From assembly GCF_009914755.1 (NCBI RefSeq), contig NC_060933.1: 64,000 nucleotides of DNA; one strand, written 5' to 3'. The translations under genes and the position numbers were made by a program. Positions 43,601 through 57,300 of this stretch are shown here, in pieces. Within the stretch, counting starts at the first letter, position 1; each line of letters begins with the position of its first letter. The notes below the pieces were generated by a model. The model was not told where the DNA came from. It did not search any database and saw only the letters and a list, made by a program, of their open reading frames with translations. The DNA comes from the human T2T-CHM13v2.0 reference genome, Homo sapiens.

Positions 43601-46600
43601 CATTCTATTCGGATTAATTCCATTCCATTCTATTCCATTCCATTCTATTCCATTCCATTGCAATCGGGTTGAATCCATTGCATTTCATTCCATTCCATTC
43701 CATTCCATTCCATTCCATTCCGGAAGATTCCATTCCATTGCATTCCATTCCATTCCATTCCCTTGCACTCGCGTTGATTCCATTCCATTCCATTCCATTC
43801 CATTCCGTTCTCTTCCATTCCATTCCATTCCATTCCATTCCATTCCATTCCGTTCCGTTCCATTCCATTCCATTCCATTCTATTCGGGTTAATTCCATTC
43901 CATTCCTTTTGATTGCAATCGAGTTGATTCCATTCCATTCCATTCCATTCCATTCCATTCCATTCCATTCCATTCCTTTCCATTCCATTACGGATGATTC
44001 CATTCCATTGCATTCCATTCCATTCCATTCCCCTGTACTCGGGTTGATTCCATTCCATTCCATTCCAATCCATGCAATTCCACTCGTGTTGATTCCATTC
44101 TTTCCATTCCATTCAAATTGAATCCATTCCATTACATTCCATTCAATTCGATTCCATTCGATTGCACTCGGGTTGATTCCATTCCATTGCATTCCATTGC
44201 ATTCCATTCCATTCCATTCCATTCCATTCCGTTCCATTCCATTCCATTACATTCGGATTGATTCTATTCAATTCCCTTACACTCCATTACATTCCATTCC
44301 ATTCGGGTAGTTTCCATTCCATTCCATTCCATTCCTCTCCATTCCATTGCACTCGCGTTGATTCCATTCCATTGCATTCCATTCCATTCCATTCAATTCC
44401 ATTCCGTTCCATTCCATTCCATTACATTCGGATTGATTCTATTCAACTCCCTTACTCTCCATTACATTCCATTCCATTCGGGTTGTTCCATTCCATTCCA
44501 TTCCATTCCACTCCATTCCATTGCACTCGGGTTGATTCCATTCCATTCCATTCCATTCCATTCCATTCCATTCCATTCCATTACAATCGAGTTGATTCCA
44601 TTCCATTCCATTCCATTCCAGTCCTTTCCACTCCATTCCACTCGGGTTGATTCCATTCTATTAGTTTCCATTCCATTCCATTCCCTTCCATTCCACTCTG
44701 GTTGATTCCATTCCTTTCCATTCTACTCGAATACATTCCCTCCTATTCCACTCGGAACGATTCCATTCCATTCCATCTCATTCCATTCCATTCCATTCCA
44801 TTCCATTTCGTTCCATTCCATTTCGTTCCATTCCATTCTATTCCATTCCATTCCATTCCATAACGTTCCATTCCATTCCGTTCCATTCCATTCCGTTCCA
44901 TTCCATTACATTCGGATTGATTCTTTTCAACTCCCTTACTCTCCATTACATTACATTCCATTCGGATTGTTCCATTCCATTCCATTCCATTCCACTCCAT
45001 TCCATTCAATTCCATTCCGTTCCATTCCATTCCATTTCATTCGGATTGATTCTATTCAACTCCCTTACTGTCCATTACATTCGATTCCATTCGGGTTGTT
45101 CCATTCCATTCCATTCCATTCCACTCCATTCCATTGCACTCGGGTTGATTCCATTCCATTCCATTCCATTCCGGAAGATTCCATTCCATTGCATTCCATT
45201 CCATTCCATTCCCCTGCACTCGCGTTGATTCCATTCCATTCCATTCCATTCCATTCCATTCCATTCCTCTCCGTTCCATTCCATTCCATTCCATTCCATT
45301 CCATTCCATTCCATTCCCTTCCGTTCCGTTCCATTCCATTCCATTCCATTCCATTCTATTCGGGTTAATCCCATTCCATTCCATTCGATTGCAATCGAGT
45401 TGATACCATTCCATTCCATTCCATTCCATTCCTTTCCATTCCATTACGGATGATTCCATTCCATTGCATTCCATTCCATTCCATTCCACTGTACTCGGGT
45501 TGATTCCATTCCATTCCATTCCAATCCATGCCATTCAACTCGTGTTGATTCCATTCTTTCCATTCCATTCAAGTTGAATCCATTCCATTGCATTCCATTC
45601 CATTCCATTCCCCTGCAGTCGGATTGATTCCATTCCATTCCATTCCATTCCATTCCATTCCATTGCATTCCATTCCATTCCATTCCGTTCCGTTCCATTC
45701 CATTCCATTCCTTTCTATTCGGGTTAATTCAATTCCATTCCATTCCATTCCATTCCATTCCATTCAATTCCATTCCATTACAATTCGTTCCATTCCATTC
45801 TATTCCGTACCATTCCATTCCATTCCATACCATTCCATTCTATTCCATTCCATTCCATTCCATTCCATTCCGTTCCATTGCGTTCCATTCCATTCCATTC
45901 CATTCTATTCGGGTTAATTCCATTCCATTCCATTCCATCCCATTCTATTACATTCCATTGCAATCGAGTTGAATCCATTGCATTTCATTCCATTCCATTC
46001 CATTCCATTCCATTCCGGAAGATTCCATTCCATTGCATTCCATTCCATTCCATTCCCCTGCACTCGCGTTGATTCCATTCCATTCCATTCCATTCCATTC
46101 CATTCCATTCCATTCCGTTCCGTTCCATTCCATTCCATTCCATTCTATTCGGGTTAATTCCATTCCATTCCATTCGATTGCAATCGAGTTGATTCCATTC
46201 CATTCCATTCCATTCCATTCCATTCCATTCCTTTCCATTCCATTACGGATGATTCCATTCCATTGCATTCCATTCCATTCCATTCCCCTGTACTCGGGTT
46301 GATTCCATTCCATTGCATTCCAATCCATGCCCTTCCACTCGTGTTGATTCCATTCTTTCCATTCCATTCAAGTTGAATCCATTCCATTGCATTACATCCC
46401 ATTCGATTCCATTCCATTCCATTCCATTCCATTCCGTTCCATTCCATTCCATTACATTCCATTCCATTCCGTTCCATTCCATTCCATTACATTCGGATTG
46501 ATTCTATTCAATTCCCTTACACTCCATTACATTCCATTCCATTCGGGTAGTTTCCATTCCATTCTATTCCATTCCATTCCTCTCCATTCCATTGCAGTCG

Positions 46601-49600
46601 GGTTGATTCCATTCCATTGCATTCAATTCCATTCCATTCAATTCTATTCCGTTCCATTCCATTCCATTACATTCGGATTGATGCTATTCAACTCCCTTAC
46701 TCTCCATTACATTCCATTCCATTCGGGTTGTTCCATTCCATTCCATTCCAATCCACTGCATTCCATTGCACTCGGGTTTATTCCATTCCATTCCATTCCA
46801 TTCCATTCCATTCCATTCCGGAAGATTCCATTCCATTGCATTCCATTCCATTCCATTCCCCTGCACTCGCGTTGATTCCATTCCATTCCATTCCATTCCA
46901 TTCCATTCCATTCCATTCCTTTCCGTTCCATTCCATTCCATTCCATTCCGTTCCGTTCCGTTCCATTCCATTCCATTCCATTCCATTCCATTCCATTCGG
47001 GTTAATTCCACTCCAATCCATTCGATTGCAATCGAGTTGATTCCATTCCATTCCATTCCATTCCATTCCATTCCATTCCATTCCTTTCCATTCCATTACG
47101 TATGATTCCATTCCATTGCATTCCATTCCATTCCATTCCCCTGTACTCGGGTTCATTCCATTCCATTCCATTCCAATCCATGGCATTCCACTCGTGTTGA
47201 TTCCATTCTTTCCATTCCATTCAAGTTGAATCCATTCCATTGCATTCCATTCCATTCCATTCCCCTGCAGTCGGGTTGATTCCATTCTATTCAATTCCAT
47301 TCCATTCCATTCCATTCCAGTCCTTTCCATTCCAATCCACTCGGGTTGATTCCATTCTATTAGTTTCCATTCCATTCCATTCCCTTCCATTCCACTCTGG
47401 TTGATTCCATTGCTTTCCATTCCACTCGAATACATTCCCTCCTATTCCACTCGGAACGATTCCATTCCATTCCATTCCATTCCATTCCATTCCATTCCAT
47501 TCCATTCCATTCCATTCCATTTCGTTCCATTCCATTCTATTCCGTATCATTCCATTCCATTCCATTCCATTCCATTCCATTCCATTCCATTCCATTCCAT
47601 TCGATTGTACTCGGGTTGATTCCATTCCATTGCATTCCATTCCATTTCATTCCATTCCATTCCGTTGCATTCCATTCCATTACATTCGGATTGATACTAT
47701 TCAACTCCCTTACTCTCCATTACATTCCATTCCATTCGGGTTGTTCCATTCCATTCCATTCCATTCCATTCCACTCCATTCCATTGCACTCGGGTTGAGT
47801 CCATTCCATTCCATTCCATTCCATTCCATTCCGGATGATTCCATTCCATTGCATTCCGTTCCATTACATTCCCCTGCACTCGCGTTGATTCCATTCCATT
47901 CCATTCCATTCCATTCAATTCCATTCCATTACAATTCGTTCCATTCCATTCTATTCCGTACCATTCCATACCATTCCATTCCATTCCATTCCATTCCATT
48001 CCATTCCATTCTATTCCATTCCATTGCAATCGAGTTGAATCCATTGCATTTCATTCCATTCCATTCCATTCCATTCCATTCCGGAAATTTCCATTCCATT
48101 GCATTCCATTCCATTCCATTCCATTCCGTTCCGTTCCATTCCATTCCATTCCATTCCGTTCCGTTCCATTCCATTCCATTACATTCGGATTGATTCTATT
48201 CAATTCCCTTACACTCCATTACATTCCATTCCATTCGGGTAGTTTCCATTCCATTCCATTCCATTCCTCTCCATTCCATTGCACTCGGGTTGATTCCATT
48301 CCATTGCATTCCATTCCATTCCATTCAATTCCATTCCGTTCCATTGCATTCCATTACATTCGGATTGATTATATTCAACTCCCTTACTCTCCATTACATT
48401 CCATTCCATTCGGGTTCTTCCATTCCATTCCATTCCATTCCACTCCATTCCATTGCACTCGGGTTTATTCTATTCCATTCCATTCCATTCAATTCCATTT
48501 CATTGCATTCCGGAAGATTCCATTCCATTGCATTCCATTCCATTCGATTCCCCTGCACTCGCGTTGATTCCATTCCATTCCATTCCATTCCATTCCATTC
48601 CATTCCGTTCCGTTCCGTTCCATTCCATTCCATTCCATTCCATTCCAATCCATTCCATTCCGTTCCGTTCCGTTCCATTCCATTCCATTCCATTCTTTTC
48701 GGTTAATTCCATTCCATTCCATTCGATTGCAATCGAGTTGATTCCATTCCATTCCATTCCATTCCATTCCATTCCATTCCTTTCCTTTCCATTCCATTAC
48801 AGATGATTCCATTACATTGCATTCCATTCCATTCCATTCCCCTGTACTCGGGTTGATTCCATTCCATTCCATTCCAATCCATGCCATTCCACTCGTGTTG
48901 TTTCCATTCTTTCCATTCCATTCAAGTTGAATCCATTCCATTGCATTCCATTCCATTTGATTCCATTCGATTGCACTCGGGTTGATTCCATTCCATTGCA
49001 TTCCATTGCATTCCATTTCATTCCATTCCATTCCATTCCATTCCGTTCCGTTCCATTCCATTCCATTCCATTCCATTCCATTCCGTTCCGTTCCATTCCA
49101 TTCCATTCCATTCCATTCCATTCCATTCCATTCCGTTCCATTCCATTCCATTCCATTCTATTCGGTTTAATTCCATTCCATTCCATTCGATTGCCATCGA
49201 GTTGATTCCATTCCATTCCATTCCATTCCATTCCATTCCTTTCCATTCCATTACGGATGACTCCATTCCATTGCATTCCATTCCATTCCATTCCCCTGTA
49301 CTCGGGTTGATTCCATTCCATTCCATTCCACTCCATTCGGTTCCGTTGCCTTCCATTCTATTGCATTCCATTCTATTCCGGTTAATTCCATTCCATTCTA
49401 TTCCATTCCATTCCATTCCATCCCATTGCAATGGAGTTGATTCCATTCCATTCTATTCCATTCCGGATGATTCCATTCCATTGCATTCCATTCCATTCCA
49501 TTCCCCTGCACTCGTGTTCATTCCATTCCGTTCCATTCCATTCCATTCCATTCTATTCCGGTTAATTCCATTCCATTCCATTCCATTCCATTCCATTCCA

Positions 49601-51309
49601 TTCCATTCCATTCCATTGCAATCGAGTTGATTCCATTCCATTCCTTTCCATTCCATTCCATTGCCTTGCATTCCACTCGGGTTGATTCCATTCCCTTCTT
49701 TCCACTCCATTACATTCCCTTCCTTTCCACTCGGAATGATTGATTCCATTCCATTCCATTCCATTTCATTCCATTGCAATCCATTCCAATCCATTCCATT
49801 CCATTCCATTCCACTCGAGTTGACTTCATTCAATTCCTTTCCATTCCATTCCATTCCTTTCCACTCGAGTTGATTCCATTCCATTCCATTCCATTGCATT
49901 CCATTCCATGCCATTCCACTCGGGTTGATTCCATTCCTTTGCATTCCATTCCATTCCATTCCATTCCATTCCATTCCATTCCATTCCGTTGCTTTCCTTT
50001 CCATTACATTCGGATTGATTCTATTCAACTCCCTTACTCTCCATTACATTCCATTCCATTCGGGTTGTTCCATTCCATTCCATTCCATTCCACTCCATTC
50101 CATTGCACTCGGGTTGATTCCATTCCATTCCATTCCATTCCATTCCATTCCGGATGATTCCATTCCATTACATTCCGTTCCATTACATTCCCCTGCACTC
50201 GCGTTGATTCCATTCCATTCCATTCCATTCCATTCCATTCCATTCCATTCAATTCCATTCCATTACAATTCGTTCCATTCCATTCTATTCCGTACCATTC
50301 CATTCCATTCCATACCATTCCATTCTATTCCATTCCATTCCATTCCATTCCATTCCGTTCCATTCCGTTCCATTCCATTCCATTCCATTCTATTCGGGTT
50401 AATTCCATTCCATTCCATTCCATCCCATTCTATTACATTCCATTGCAATCGAGTTGAATCCATTGCATTTCATTCCATTCCATTCCATTGCATTCCATTC
50501 CTGAAGATTCCATTCCATTGCATTCCATTCCATTCCATTCCCCTGCACTCGCGTTTATTCCATTCCATTCCATTCCGTTCCGTTCCGTTCCGTTCCATTC
50601 CATTCCATTCTATTAGGGTTAATTCCATTCCATTCCATTCCATTCCATTCCATTCCACTCTATTCCAGTCCTTTCCATTCCATTCCACTCGTGTTGATTC
50701 CATTCCCTTCCATTCCATTCCATACCATTCCATTCCATTCCATTCCGTTCCATTCCGTTCCATTCCATTCCATTCCATTCTATTCGGATTTATTCCATTC
50801 CATTCCATTCCATTCCATTCTATTCCATTCCATTGCAATCGAGTTGAATCCATTGCATTTCATTCCATTCCATTCCATTCCATTCCATTCCGGAAGTTTC
50901 CATTCCATTGCATTCCATTCCATTCCATTCCATTCCGTTCCGTTCCATTCCATTCCATTGCATTCCGTTCCGTTCCATTCTATTCCATTCCATTCTATTC
51001 TGGTTAATTCCATTCCATTCCATTCGATTGCAATCGAGTTGATTCCATTCCATTCCATTCCATTCCATTCCATTCCATTCCATTCCTTTCCTTTCCATTA
51101 CGGATGATTCCATTCCATTGCATTCCATTCCATTCCATTCCACTGTACTCGGGTTGATTCCATTCCATTCCATTCAAATCCATGCCATTCCACTCGTGTT
51201 GATTCCATTCTTTCCATTCCATTCAAGTTGAATCCATTCCATTGCATTCCATTCCATTCGATTCCATTCGATTGCACTCGGGTTGATTCCATTCCATTGC
51301 ATTCCATTC

Positions 51310-54300
51310 CATTCCTTTCCTTTCCATTCCATTACGGATGATTCCATTCCATTGCATTCCATTCCATTCCATTCCCCTGTACTCGGGTTGATTCCATTCC
51401 ATTCCATTCCAATCCATGCCATTCCACTCGTGTTGTTTCCATTCTTTCCATTCCATTCAAGTTGAATCCATTCCATTGCATTCCATTCCATTCGATTCCA
51501 TTCGATTGCACTCGGGTTGATTCCATTCCATTGCATTCCATTCCATTCCATTTCATTCCATTCCATTCCTTTCCATTCCATTCCATTCCATTCCATTCCA
51601 TTGCAATCGAGTTGATTCCATTCCATTCCTTTCCATTCCATTCCATTGCCTTTCATTCCAGTCGGGTTGATTCTATTCCCTTCTTTCCACTCCATTGCAT
51701 TCCCTTCCATTCCACTCGGAATGATTGATTCCATTCCATTCCATTCCATTTCATTCCATTGCAATCCATTCCAATCCATTCCATTCCATTCCATTCCACT
51801 CGAGTTGATTTCATTCCATTCCTTTCCATTCCATTCCAATCCTTTCCACTCGAGTTGATTCCATTGCATTCCATTCCATTGCATTCCGTTCCATGCCATT
51901 CCACTCGGGTTGATTCCATGCCATTCCATTCCATTCCATTGCATTCCATTCCATTCCTTTCCCCTGCACTCGGGTTGATTCCATTCCATTCCATTCCATT
52001 TAATTCCATTCCATTCCATTCCATTCCATTCCAATCCGTTCCATTCCATTCCATTCTATTCCATTGCAATCGACTTGATTCCATTCCATTCCATTCCATT
52101 CCATTCTATTCCATTCCATTCCATTCCATTCCATTTTTTTCCAATCCATTCTATTCCGAACCATTCCATTCCATTCCATTTTTTTCCAATCCATTCTATT
52201 CCGAACCATTCCATTCCATTCCATTCCATTCCATTCCATTCCATTCCATTCCATTCCAGCCATTCCACTCGGGTTGATTCCATTCCTTTCCATTCCATTC
52301 GGGTTGAATCCATTCCACTCCATTCCATTCCATTCGAATCCATTCCATTGCACTCGGGTTGATTCCATTCCATTCCATTCCATTCGATTCCATTCCATTC
52401 CATTCCATTCCGTTCCATTCCATTGCATTACATTCACATTGATTCTATTCAATTCCCTTACACTCCATTATATTCCAATCCATTCTGGTTGTTTCCATTC
52501 CATTCCATTCCATTTCACTCCATTCCATTGCACTCGGTTTGATTCCATTCCATTCCATTCCATTCCATTCGGGATGATTCCATTCCATTGCATTCCATTC
52601 CATTCCATTCCCCTGCACTCAGGTTGATTCCATTCCATTCCATTCCACTGCATTCGGTTCCGTTCCATTCCATTCTATTGCATTCCATTCTATTCGGGTT
52701 AATTCCATTCCATTCTATTCCATTCCATTCCATTCCATTCCATTGTAATGGAGTTGATTCCATTCCATTCCATTCCATTCCGGATGATTCCATTCCATTG
52801 CATTCCATTCTATTCCATTCCCCTGCACTCGTGTTGATTCCATTACCTTCCATTCCATTCCATTCCGTTCCATTCCATTGCATTCCATTCTATTCCGGTT
52901 AATTCCATTCCATTCCATTCCATTCCATTCCATTCCATTGCAATCGAGTTGATTGCATTCCATTCCTTTCCATTCCATTCCATTGCCTTGCATTCCAATC
53001 GGATTGATTCCATTCCCTTCTTTCCACTCCATTACATTCCCTTCCATTCCACTCGGAATGATTGATTCCATTCCATTCCATTCCATTTCATTCCGTTGCA
53101 ATCCATTCCAATCTATTCCATTCCATTCCATTCCACTCGAGTTGATTTCATTCCATTCCTTTCCATTCCATTCCATTGCTTTCCACTCGAGTTGATTCCA
53201 TTCCATTCCATTCCATTGCATTCCATTCCATGCCATTCCACTCGGGTTGATTCCATTCCTTTGCATTCCATTCCATTCCATTCCATTCCATTCCATTCCA
53301 TTCCATTCCATTCCGTTGCATTCCATTCCATTACATTCGGATTGATTCTATTCAACTCCCTTACTCTCCATTACATTACATTCCATTCGGGTTGTTCCAT
53401 TCCATTCCATTCCATTCCGAATGATTCCATTCCATTGCATTCCATTCGATTACATTCCCCTGCAGTCGCGTTGATTCCATTCCATTCCATTCCATTCCAT
53501 TCAATTCCATTCTATTACAATTCGTTCCATTCCATTCTATTCCGTACCATTCCATTCCATTCCATACCATTCCATTCCATTCCATTCCATTCCATTCCGT
53601 TCCATTCCGTTCCATTCCATTCCATTTTATTCGGGTTAATTCCATTCCATTGCATTCCATTCCATTCTATTCCATTCCATTGCAATCGAGTTGAATCCAT
53701 TACATTTCATTCCATTCCATTCCTTTCCATTGCATTCCGGAAGATTCCATTCCATTGCATTCCATTCCATTCCATTCCCCTGCACTCGCGTTGATTCCAT
53801 TCCATTCCATTCCATTCCATTCAATTCCATTCCGTTCCGTTCCATTCCATTCCATTCCATTCCATTCCTTTCCATTCCATTACGGATGATTCCATTCCAT
53901 TGCATTCCATTCCATTCCATTCCCCTGTACTCGGGATGATTCCATTCCATTGCATTCCAATCCATGCCCTTCCACTCGTGTTGATTCCATTCTTTCCATT
54001 CCATTCAAGTTGAATCCATTCCATTGTATTCCATTCCATTCGATTCCATTCGATTGCACTCGGGTTGATTCCATTCCATTGCATTCCATTCCATTCCATT
54101 CCATTCCATTCCATTCCATTCCGTTCCATTCCATTCCATTACATTCGGATTGATTCTATTCAATTCCCTTACACTCCATTACATTCCATTCCATTCGGGT
54201 AGTTTCCATTCCATTCCATTCCATTCCTCTCCATTCCATTGCACTCGGGTTGATTCCATTCCATTGCCTTCCATTCCATTCCATTCAATTCCATTCCGTT

Positions 54301-57300
54301 CCATTCCATTCCATTACATTCGGATTGACTCTATTCAACTCCCTTACTCTCCATTACATTACATTCCATTCGGGTTGTTCCATTCCATTCCATTCCATTC
54401 CACTCCATTCCATTGCACTCGGGTTTATTCCATTCCATTCCATTCCATTCCATTCCATTCCATTCCATTCCTTTCCGGAAGATTCCATTCCATTGCATTC
54501 CATTCCATTCCATTCCCCTGCACTCGCGTTGATTCCATTCCATTCCATTCCATTCCATTCCATTCCATTCCATTCCTTTCCGTTCCATTCCATTCCATTC
54601 CATTCCATTCCATTCCGTTCCGTTCCGTTCCGTTCCGTTCCGTTCCGTTCCATTCCATTCAATTCCATTCTATTCGGGTTAACTCCATTCCATTCCATTC
54701 GATTGCAATCGAGTTGATTCCATTCCATTCCATTCCATTCCATTCCATTCCTTTCCATTCCATTACGGATGATTCCATTCCATTGCATTCCATTCCATTC
54801 CATTCCCCTGTACTCGGGTTGATTCCATTCCATTCCATTCCAATCCATGCCATTCCACTCGTGTTGATTCCATTCTTTCCATTCCATTAAAGTTGAATCC
54901 ATTCCATTGCATTCCATTCCATTCCATTCCCCTGCAGTCGGGTTGACTCCATTCCATTCCATTCCATTCCATTCCGTTCCGTTCCGTTCCGTTCCGTTCC
55001 GTTCCGTTCCGTTCCATTCCATTCTATTCGGGTTAATTCCATTCCATTCCATTCAATTCCATTCCATTCCAATCGAGTTGATTCCATTCCATTCCATTCC
55101 ATTCCATTCCACTCCATTCCAGTCCTTTCCATTCCATTCCACTCGTGTTGATTCCATTCCCTTCCATTCCATTCCATACCATTCCATTCCATTCCATTCC
55201 GTTCCATTCCGTTCCATTCCATTCCATTCCATTCTATTCGGATTTATTCCATTCCATTCCATTCCATTCCATTCTATTCCATTCCATTGCAATCGAGTTG
55301 AATCCATTGCATTTCATTCCATTCCATTCCATTCCATTCCATTGCAATCGAGTTGAATCCATTGCATTTCATTCCATTCCATTCCATTCCATTCCATTCC
55401 GGAAGTTTCCATTCCATTGCTTTCCATTCCATTCCATTCCATTCCGTTCCGTTCCATTCCATTCCATTCCATTCCGTTCCGTTCCATTCCATTCCATTCC
55501 ATTCCATTCCATTCCATTACTTTCCGTTCCATTCCATTCCATTCCATTCCATTCCAATCCATTCCAATCCGTTCCGTTCCGTTCCATTCCATTCCATTCC
55601 ATTCTTTTCGGGTTAATTCCATTCCATTCCATTCGATTGAAATCGAGTTGATTCCATTCCATTCCATTCCATTCCATTCCTTTCCTTTCCATTCCATTAC
55701 GGATGATTCCATTCCATTGCATTCCATTCCATTCCATTCCCCTGTACTCGGGTTGATTCCATTCCATTCCATTCCAATCCATGCCATTCCACTCGTGTTG
55801 TTTCCATTCTTTCCATTCCATTCAAGTTAAATCCATTCCATTGCATTCCATTCCATTCGATTCCATTCGATTGCACTCGGGTTGATTCCATTCCATTGCA
55901 TTCCATTCCATTCCATTTCATTCCATTCCATTCCTTTCCATTCCATTCCATTCCATTCCATTCCATTGCAATCGAGTTGATTCCATTCCATTCCTTTCCA
56001 TTCCATTCCATTGCCTTTCATTCCAGTCGGGTTGATTCCATTCCCTTCTTTCCACTCCATTACATTCCCTTCCATTCCACTCGGAATGATTTATTCCATT
56101 CCATTCCATTCCATTTCATTCCATTGCAATCCATTCCAATCCATTCCATTCCATTCCATTCCACTCGAGTTGATTTCATTCCATTCCTTTCCATTCCATT
56201 CCATGCCTTTCCACTCGAGTTGATTCCATTGCATTCCATTCCATTGCATTCCGTTCCATGCCATTCCACTCGGGTTGATTCCAATCCATTCCATTCCATT
56301 CCATTCCATTCCATTCCATTCCATTGCATTCCATTCCATTCCTTTCCCCTGCACTCGGGTTTATTCCATTCCATTCCATTCCATTTAATTCTATTCCATT
56401 CCATTCCATTCCATTCCATTCCAATCCGTTCCATTCCATTCCATTCCATTCCATTGCAATCGACTTGATTCCATTCCATTCCATTCCATTCCATTCTATT
56501 CCATTCCATTGCATTCCATTCCATTTTTTTCCAATCCATTCTATTCCGAACCATTCCATTCCATTCCATTTTTTTCCAATCCATTCTATTCCGAACCATT
56601 CCATTCCATTCCATTCCATTCCATTCCATTCCATTCCAGCCATTCCACTCGGGTTGATTCCATTCCTTTCCATTCCATTCGGGTTGAATCCATTCCACTC
56701 CATTCCATTCCATTCGAATCCATTCCATTGCACTCGGGTTGATTCCATTCCATTCCATTCCATTCGATTCCATTCCATTCCATTCCATTCCGTTCCATTC
56801 CATTGCATTACATTCACATTGATTCTATTCAATTCCCTTACACTCCATTATATTCCAATCCATTCTGGTTGTTTCCATTCCATTCCATTCCATTTCACTC
56901 CATTCCATTGCACTCGGTTTGATTCCATTCCATTCCATTCCATTGCATTCCGGATGATTCCATTCCATTGCATTCCATTCCATTCCATTCCCCTGCACTC
57001 AGGTTGATTCCATTCCACTCCATTCCACTGCATTCGGTTCCGTTCCATTCCATTCTATTGCATTCCATTCTATTCGGGTTAATTCCATTCCATTCTATTC
57101 CATTCCATTCCATTCCATTCCATTGTAATGGAGTTGATTCCATTCCATTCCATTCCATTCCGGATGATTCCATTCCATTGCATTCCATTCCATTCCATTT
57201 CCCTGCACTCGTGTTGATTCCATTACCTTCCATTCCATTCCATTCCGTTCCATTCCATTGCATTCCATTCTATTCCGGTTAATTCCATTCCATTCCATTC

